From contig CACWKJ010000003.1 of NCBI GenBank assembly GCA_902761395.1, positions 1 to 29,547 on the forward strand: DNA of 29,547 bases, given 5' to 3'. This DNA comes from an uncultured Elusimicrobium sp. GTDB lineage: Bacteria; Elusimicrobiota; Endomicrobiia; Endomicrobiales; Endomicrobiaceae. Below are positions 23,888-29,547 of this stretch, piece by piece. The notes beneath the pieces were generated by a model. That model saw nothing but the letters and a program-made list of their open reading frames with translations. It ran no database searches and was not told where the DNA came from. Numbering within the stretch: position 1 is the stretch's first letter; each line of letters begins with the position of its first letter. Both the position numbers and the translations under genes were made by a program.

Positions 23888-26776
23888 ATGAAAAAATTAA
23901 AAATTTTGTTGTTTTCATTAGCAGGTTTAATTGTAGTTTTATCCATTGCTGCGGTTATAGCAATAAAAGTATTTTTGCCGGAAGATAAAATAAAATCTTA
24001 CATTACAGATTATGCTAAAAATAATCTTAACAGAGAAGTCACTTTCGACAAACTTTCAATTAAGTTTATAGGTATAGATTTAAAGAACTTTAAAATGTCG
24101 GAAAAATCCACACTTAACGACGGAACATTTATAAAAGCGGACGATTTTATAGTAAAAGTATCGCCGCTTCCGTTACTTAAGAAAAACATTAAAATCAGCA
24201 GAATCTTGTTGGATTCAATAGATATAAACATAACAAAAGATGAAAACGGTCTTTTCAATTTTGACGATATAATAAAATCGTTCCAAAGCGAACAGCCTCA
24301 ACAGGAACAAAAGAAGGAACAAGTTTCCGATACAAAAAGTTCGTCAAGTTCGTTCGATTTAAACATACATCGTTTCGATATAAAAAATGCAAACATAATT
24401 TATATAGATAAAACATCTAATTTAGAGGCAAGTATTAAAAACTTTAACTTAAAAACAAAAGATTTTTCGCTTACGGATATGTTCGGTTGTGAAACTTCTT
24501 TCGATTTGGCGGTTAAACAAAATAAACTCGATATTTCCTTACCGTTAAGAGCAAATTTTAAAACGAATTTGAACAATTTCGATATGGATAAGATGTATTT
24601 GGATGTTGAAACTTTTGAAACAAACTTTAATAATGCAACAATAAGTTTGCAGGGTAAAATAGAAAATATAAATGCTCCCAAAATAGATTGTAACCTTATA
24701 TTGAAAAATATAGATGAACAAACTTTTAAAGATTTCTTCGACTGTAAAACCAAATTTAAAGCGGATGAAATAACATTTAAAACAAAATCGTCGGTAAACA
24801 TTTCTTCAATGAATGCGGATATTGAAAGTTTAAGTTTGGTGTTGCCGAACTCAACCGCGGATTTGGTTGGAACGATAGATTGGGGAAAACAGGATGTGGA
24901 ATATAATTTAAAACTTAATCTCGATTTACTTATAGATAATTTTGCAAAACTTGTTCCGGAATACAATTTAACGGGAAGATTAAAAACAAATTTGGAAGCA
25001 ACTCAAAATTTTTGTGAAGGAACATTTGCTTTTGAAAACATTTCTTCCGATTCAAGTTTCGGTAAAGTTTCAAACTTAAATGCAGATCTTTATTTGAAAG
25101 CGGAAAACGGTTCACCGTTATACAAAGCAGACTTTTCCACACTCGGTATAGATTCTCTTGCTTTCAATATTAAACAGTTATCTTTAAAGTATAACGATGC
25201 AGACATTTCTTTGACGGGGGAACTTACAAAACAGTTAAGATCCGCACTTACATTAAACTTAAAATCTAAAAATATTACAAACAACACATTTAAGAATTTT
25301 TATAAATGTCCCGTAAAATTCATAGTTCCTACATTGGATATCGACACAATTTTAAGTTTTAACTTAAATACCAAAGCGGCGGACATAACAAAATTAAATA
25401 TAAGAATTCCGGATTCTTCCGCAAATGTTACCGGCTTGCTTAACTGGAAAAAGCAAAACAATTTTATTTACAACTTATCTTTAAATCTTAACTTGTTGTT
25501 GGATAACATTGCAAAAAATTTCCCGGAATATAAAATGAAAGGTAAAATTGTTTCCGATGCCAAAGTTTCAAACAACGATTTTTCAGGTAACTTAACTTGT
25601 TCAAATGTTGCATTCGAATATTTGCCGTTGGCCGCAATATCAAAATTTAATATAGATGCAACGGCAAAGTCCAAAAAGAACATAGTAATAAAAACAATTA
25701 ACGGTATATTTAACGAAGGCAAATTTGAAGGTAACGGCTCTTTAATAAACAAAGATATTAAATTTAACTTTAATATGGATAAATTAAAAATTTCCGAAAG
25801 TTCACAAAGTTCCAAACAGCAACCTAAAAAAGAAGAAAAGAAATCGTCGTCATCTACACAGGATTTTAATTACAATATTTATACCGATATATCAATTAAC
25901 GATATAAATACACCTTACCTGGTAACAAAAAAAGCCGCACTGAAAACCGCACTTACAAGCGTAACAAGCACATGCAACAAGGCTAACGGAACTTTTGTTT
26001 TCAATATGGATGCCGGAACAATATCCAATGTTAACAAATTAACAGATAACAAAATGGCAAACACTTTCTTATCTTTGTTTAATGTTGTAAACAATAACAG
26101 AACCAAAGAAACAAAAGGTAACAGCAAAAACGATATAAGTTTTCAAAATATTATTTGCGATGTGTTGCTTACCGACGGTTTAATAAAAACAAACGATGTT
26201 TCAATAAAAATTCCTACAGCAAAAATTATTGCTAAAGGTACAATAAATTTAAAAAATGAAGCATTAAAACTTGCCGTAACCGCCGGCGATTATACGGGAA
26301 TGAAAATTGAAGGAACAATGTCCAACCCGAAAATTTCTTACGATGTTGCTGCAGCGGTGGCAACCGCTTTAGGAGACAAATCCGTAGGTGATGCTTTAAA
26401 AAGTTTATTTAAAATGGATAACAAAAAAGAAAGTTCCAAAAAAGAATCCAATCAGGAAGTAAAACAGGAAACTGCACAGGAAAATACACAACCGGCAACA
26501 CAGGAAGAACCCAAACAGGAAACTGTAACACAGCAGGAAACAACCGAACCGGTTAAACAGGAAACATCAACAGTGCAGGAAGAACAAAAGCAGGAAACCG
26601 TTCAGGAAACAAAACAGGAACCTGTACAAGAAGTTAAACAGGAAGAAACAAATACACAAGAAACCGTAAAGGAAGAACCTAAACAGGAAACTGTCCAGGA
26701 AACACCGCAGGAAACAAAACAGGAAGAACCTAAGTCGGAAGAACCAAACGCAGAAGGAACTACCGAAGGGGAATAA
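23888..26776 (+). CDS. AsmA-family (repeating beta-groove) protein with low-complexity Q/E/T tail
   Basis: N-terminal TM anchor, AsmA-like N-domain (VSPLPLLKKNIKISRILL, NGLFNFDDI), C-terminal AKGTINL...GTMSNPK and KQET repeats. Confidence 0.85.
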   Translation: MKKLKILLFSLAGLIVVLSIAAVIAIKVFLPEDKIKSYITDYAKNNLNREVTFDKLSIKFIGIDLKNFKMSEKSTLNDGTFIKADDFIVKVSPLPLLKKNIKISRILLDSIDINITKDENGLFNFDDIIKSFQSEQPQQEQKKEQVSDTKSSSSSFDLNIHRFDIKNANIIYIDKTSNLEASIKNFNLKTKDFSLTDMFGCETSFDLAVKQNKLDISLPLRANFKTNLNNFDMDKMYLDVETFETNFNNATISLQGKIENINAPKIDCNLILKNIDEQTFKDFFDCKTKFKADEITFKTKSSVNISSMNADIESLSLVLPNSTADLVGTIDWGKQDVEYNLKLNLDLLIDNFAKLVPEYNLTGRLKTNLEATQNFCEGTFAFENISSDSSFGKVSNLNADLYLKAENGSPLYKADFSTLGIDSLAFNIKQLSLKYNDADISLTGELTKQLRSALTLNLKSKNITNNTFKNFYKCPVKFIVPTLDIDTILSFNLNTKAADITKLNIRIPDSSANVTGLLNWKKQNNFIYNLSLNLNLLLDNIAKNFPEYKMKGKIVSDAKVSNNDFSGNLTCSNVAFEYLPLAAISKFNIDATAKSKKNIVIKTINGIFNEGKFEGNGSLINKDIKFNFNMDKLKISESSQSSKQQPKKEEKKSSSSTQDFNYNIYTDISINDINTPYLVTKKAALKTALTSVTSTCNKANGTFVFNMDAGTISNVNKLTDNKMANTFLSLFNVVNNNRTKETKGNSKNDISFQNIICDVLLTDGLIKTNDVSIKIPTAKIIAKGTINLKNEALKLAVTAGDYTGMKIEGTMSNPKISYDVAAAVATALGDKSVGDALKSLFKMDNKKESSKKESNQEVKQETAQENTQPATQEEPKQETVTQQETTEPVKQETSTVQEEQKQETVQETKQEPVQEVKQEETNTQETVKEEPKQETVQETPQETKQEEPKSEEPNAEGTTEGE

Positions 26777-26794
26777 GAATTAATGTACAATGAA

Positions 26795-26848
26795 GGTGTC
26801 CTGCGGACTGATTTTTTATAGATTCCGTGTCGAGCACGGAATGACACC
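26795..26848. repeat. Degenerate half palindrome plus minus-strand GTC-tagged palindrome
   Basis: GGTGTC...GACACC bounds the region. 26819-26845 reverse complement is GTC-ATTCCGTG-CTCGA-CACGGAAT-CTA. Confidence 0.75.
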
Positions 26849-26911
26849 ATATTTTCTTTTCTTGTTTTTTTTGGTGTCGTTCAAGACCTTAAGATTTTGA
26901 GTTAGAATGAA

Positions 26912-26971
26912 GAAACTCAGGAATGAAGTGTATATGGATCCCGTAAGGGCATACTCGATTTCCTGAGTTTC
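26912..26971. repeat. Hairpin element with AATGAAGTGTA core
   Basis: 12 bp IR GAAACTCAGGAA / TTCCTGAGTTTC. Confidence 0.55.
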
Positions 26972-27023
26972 AAGAGTTTCAATATTATAACCAAAATATT
27001 AAGGCCGCCATAGGTCGTTTAGA

Positions 27024-27953
27024 TTAATTGAATCTAAACGACAATGCTATGAAATGAGAACCGTAAGATTCTTCTATTTCAAAAGGCAACTCAAATGCAT
27101 AATCTATTACCAATGTTGAATCGTTCAAGAATGTGAACTCGTATCCGAAACCGATATTAATTGCTTCTTCTCTGCCGCCGAGTCTTATTCCCAACTTGTC
27201 GTCCAACACATAACTTTCCAAACCTAATCTAAACTTTAATTCTCCGTCTATAAATATCAAATCCAAATCTGCCGTAAATGTCGGTATGTTTACATACGGC
27301 AACAATTCACTGAAATATCCTATACCCAACACATTCATGTTGCTTACACTGTCTTTTTCTTCGTAACCGATATCGGGACTTGTTAAATATTTGCTGCTGA
27401 AACCCAACCTTAATCCGTTTTCAAATGTTGCCAATATACCGATATCGCCCGTTACCGCACCTTTACTGTTGGAAAGGTCTTTATCTTCTTCATCAAAGTT
27501 TATTTCCTGTCTTAAATATTTTATGTTCAAACCGGCAGACAAGTTTACATAATAGTCATCTATTCCGGTAATATCGTTTATTTTTCTTGCATAACCTAAA
27601 TTGAATGTATCGTATCTTGCAAGGGCCGGTGTTCCCAGTGACGACCATGCAAAAGATACCGATCCCCATTCATCTGCTATAGGATATACTGCACCCAAAT
27701 AGTTTGCACTTATTTCCACTCCGTCAAGACCGGTAAACAGTCTTGAACCCATTAAGGTTATTTCTTTTTGTACACAGTTTGCTATACCTGCAATATTATA
27801 CAAAGGTGCATTAGCATCGTTCACTACGGCGGTAAATGCTCCGCCCATACCTAATGCTCTTACTCCCCAATAGGTATCTTCAAAAGCCGCAAACACAGTT
27901 TGTGCCGATACCAACAATATTAAGAATGATAAAACTAAAAATACTTTTTTCAT
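27024..27953 (-). CDS. PorV/PorP-like (FadL/UPF0164-type) outer-membrane beta-barrel
   Basis: Signal peptide, GVRALGMGGAFTAV..D....YN.AG signature and C-terminal Phe (LSFRF-N). Confidence 0.82.
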   Translation of the reverse strand: MKKVFLVLSFLILLVSAQTVFAAFEDTYWGVRALGMGGAFTAVVNDANAPLYNIAGIANCVQKEITLMGSRLFTGLDGVEISANYLGAVYPIADEWGSVSFAWSSLGTPALARYDTFNLGYARKINDITGIDDYYVNLSAGLNIKYLRQEINFDEEDKDLSNSKGAVTGDIGILATFENGLRLGFSSKYLTSPDIGYEEKDSVSNMNVLGIGYFSELLPYVNIPTFTADLDLIFIDGELKFRLGLESYVLDDKLGIRLGGREEAINIGFGYEFTFLNDSTLVIDYAFELPFEIEESYGSHFIALSFRFN

Positions 27954-27964
27954 CTTTTTTTTCT

Positions 27965-28109
27965 GTCGTTGCGGACTTGATCCGCAATCTATCCGAATAT
28001 TTTTTCTGTTATTCGGTGTGCCTACGGCACTAATTTTTTATAGATTCTGAATCAAGTTCAGAATAACAACTTGTTTTTAGTGTCATTCCGTGCTGCGACA
28101 CGGAATCTA
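27965..28109. repeat. Cluster of three GTC-tagged palindromes between co-oriented genes
   Basis: 27965-27991(+), 28041-28067(-) and 28082-28109(+), plus a GTGCC-TAC-GGCAC mini-hairpin. Confidence 0.85.
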
Positions 28110-28129
28110 TCCAAATATCTTTTCTTCCG

Positions 28130-29263
28130 CTACTTAACAAATGCTATCGTGCCGCTGATGAGTTTACCTTTAACTTTTATCTGGTAAACATAAATACCGC
28201 TGGATGCATAATCGCCGTTATCTTTTTTGCCGTCCCACTTAAATCCGTCGGCATCACCGGAACTGATTTCTCTGATCTTTTTACCGCCGGTAGTGTAAAT
28301 TTTAACACTGTCGCCTTGTTGTAATCCGTTAAACCTGAATACATCTCTGCCTTTAACAACAACTCTCTTTTTCGGTCTGTAACTCTTATCTTCTTCTTTA
28401 ACTTTTTCAAATATACCGTAATACCCTAAACTGCTGATGTATGCCATAACGGTTTTGTTTTGTAAGTCCGTATTGGATATTGATATATCTTTCCAATTGT
28501 CCGAATCCTGTTTTTTATACTTTAACACAAATTTGTTGGATGTCGGATTTAAACCGTAATAAAAAGTTGCTTTTATCGGCGACAATATTTCTATGTTGTC
28601 CGGTATGGAATAAACCTGATACAATGCCGCCATTTGTTCCGTTGAAGAAATGTAATCTTCTATCGTTAACTGTTTAATTATTATTTGTGCATCACTGCTT
28701 AACGAGTTCGGTGCAATTTCAAGTTTTGAACTTTCGTACTGTTGGTTACCTGAATTAAATTCCACAATACCGCCGGCAGATGCTGTAACATCTTTTGTTA
28801 CGGTATCCGTAAGTTCGGCATGTTGAGGTTGTGTTCCCGAAGGGAACGTGACGGTTTTAATAATTGTGCCCTGCTCGTCGCGGAAATCTATAACTATTTG
28901 GTAATCCACATTTGTGTTAGATTCCAAAAAGTCGGGCAGTTGTATAAAAAATTCTTCGTTGTTTTTAATGGTTATTCCTTCACCGGGCGGTTCCTGCTCG
29001 ACAGAGCCGCCGTCAACGGAATAATCTATTCTTGCGGTTGCGGTGGAATCGGAATAGTCACCGAAATCCACCGATATTTTTGCATTTAATATCTTATCTA
29101 TCGACGATACCGTTTCTATCGCCGTGTGAGTTATCGTAGGAAGAATAACACCGCCGAACTTTACATACGCAGATAATACCTTTAATGGTTCTGCTGCATA
29201 AATATACACAGAAACACCAAGCAAAACTATTAAAGATAATAGACCTGCTATTTTCTTTTTCAT
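28130..29263 (-). CDS. Exported protein with ZU5-like region and T9SS-type/FlgD-Ig C-terminal domain
   Basis: Signal peptide, GGIVEF...KLEIAPNSL, and C-terminal VKIYTTGGKKIREI...WDGKKDNGDYASSGIYVYQIK...SGTIAFVK. Confidence 0.82.
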   Translation of the reverse strand: MKKKIAGLLSLIVLLGVSVYIYAAEPLKVLSAYVKFGGVILPTITHTAIETVSSIDKILNAKISVDFGDYSDSTATARIDYSVDGGSVEQEPPGEGITIKNNEEFFIQLPDFLESNTNVDYQIVIDFRDEQGTIIKTVTFPSGTQPQHAELTDTVTKDVTASAGGIVEFNSGNQQYESSKLEIAPNSLSSDAQIIIKQLTIEDYISSTEQMAALYQVYSIPDNIEILSPIKATFYYGLNPTSNKFVLKYKKQDSDNWKDISISNTDLQNKTVMAYISSLGYYGIFEKVKEEDKSYRPKKRVVVKGRDVFRFNGLQQGDSVKIYTTGGKKIREISSGDADGFKWDGKKDNGDYASSGIYVYQIKVKGKLISGTIAFVK

Positions 29264-29266
29264 TTT

Positions 29267-29547
29267 TTATTCAAAAACTAACTCCGTTACAACATTTGCC
29301 GTATATGTTAAACCTTGTACCAATCTGTTCCTCCGGGATCTAACCCTCTATCATATAAGCCGTCATCGCCATTTTTTCCTATTAACAATGTAAAATTGTT
29401 TGAAGATACTAAATCCGGTCTCATTCTCCAAGCCATAGGTAAAACAATTTCGCTGCCGTCACTATCAACACAATATAACCCTGTTCTTGATGCTTTGCCA
29501 TTATTCAAATAAATTCTTACATACCAGTTGTAGATTTCGTTATAACT
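29267..29547 (-). pseudogene. 3' end of a hypothetical gene entering from the right edge, with a probable single-base frameshift near 29311-29320
   Basis: The frame is open from 29547 (SYNEIYNWYVRIYLNNG...) to TAA at 29308. The shifted frame continues GLTYTANVVTELVFE* and stops 3 nt before the next ATG. Confidence 0.55.

Noticed and set aside
29315-29512. 65-aa plus-strand ORF
   Set aside because: The minus frame is open to the window edge and co-oriented with the operon, so this is its shadow.

Overview
Low-GC bacterial chromosome segment from a diderm anaerobe. The gene content suggests Elusimicrobiota/Endomicrobiia, which is inference rather than a database result. Housekeeping genes include aas (5'-partial), typA, queF, feoB, a DtxR-FeoA regulator, a dcw block (murC-murB-ddl-ftsQ-ftsA-ftsZ-pgeF), tRNA-Phe, an msmX-like ATPase, trpB2, a short pyk, a ZIP transporter and an AsmA-like protein. 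There is also a bioG-like plus vat-like pair, and a PorV-like barrel next to a protein with a T9SS-like C-terminal domain. The intergenic DNA is the most unusual part. About 17 GTC-tagged palindromes have fully co-varying stems and cluster around a small AT-rich GIY-YIG nuclease gene, whose predicted -35 box lies in the loop of one palindrome. Also present are a ~215 bp MITE-like family, a second hairpin family and inverted heptamer/octamer runs. Other notable items are a candidate leaderless Trp leader peptide and attenuator before trpB2, a probable ATT start for murB, a frameshifting deletion in the feoB 3' end, a frameshift in the last gene, and divergent FtsZ/FtsA motifs.
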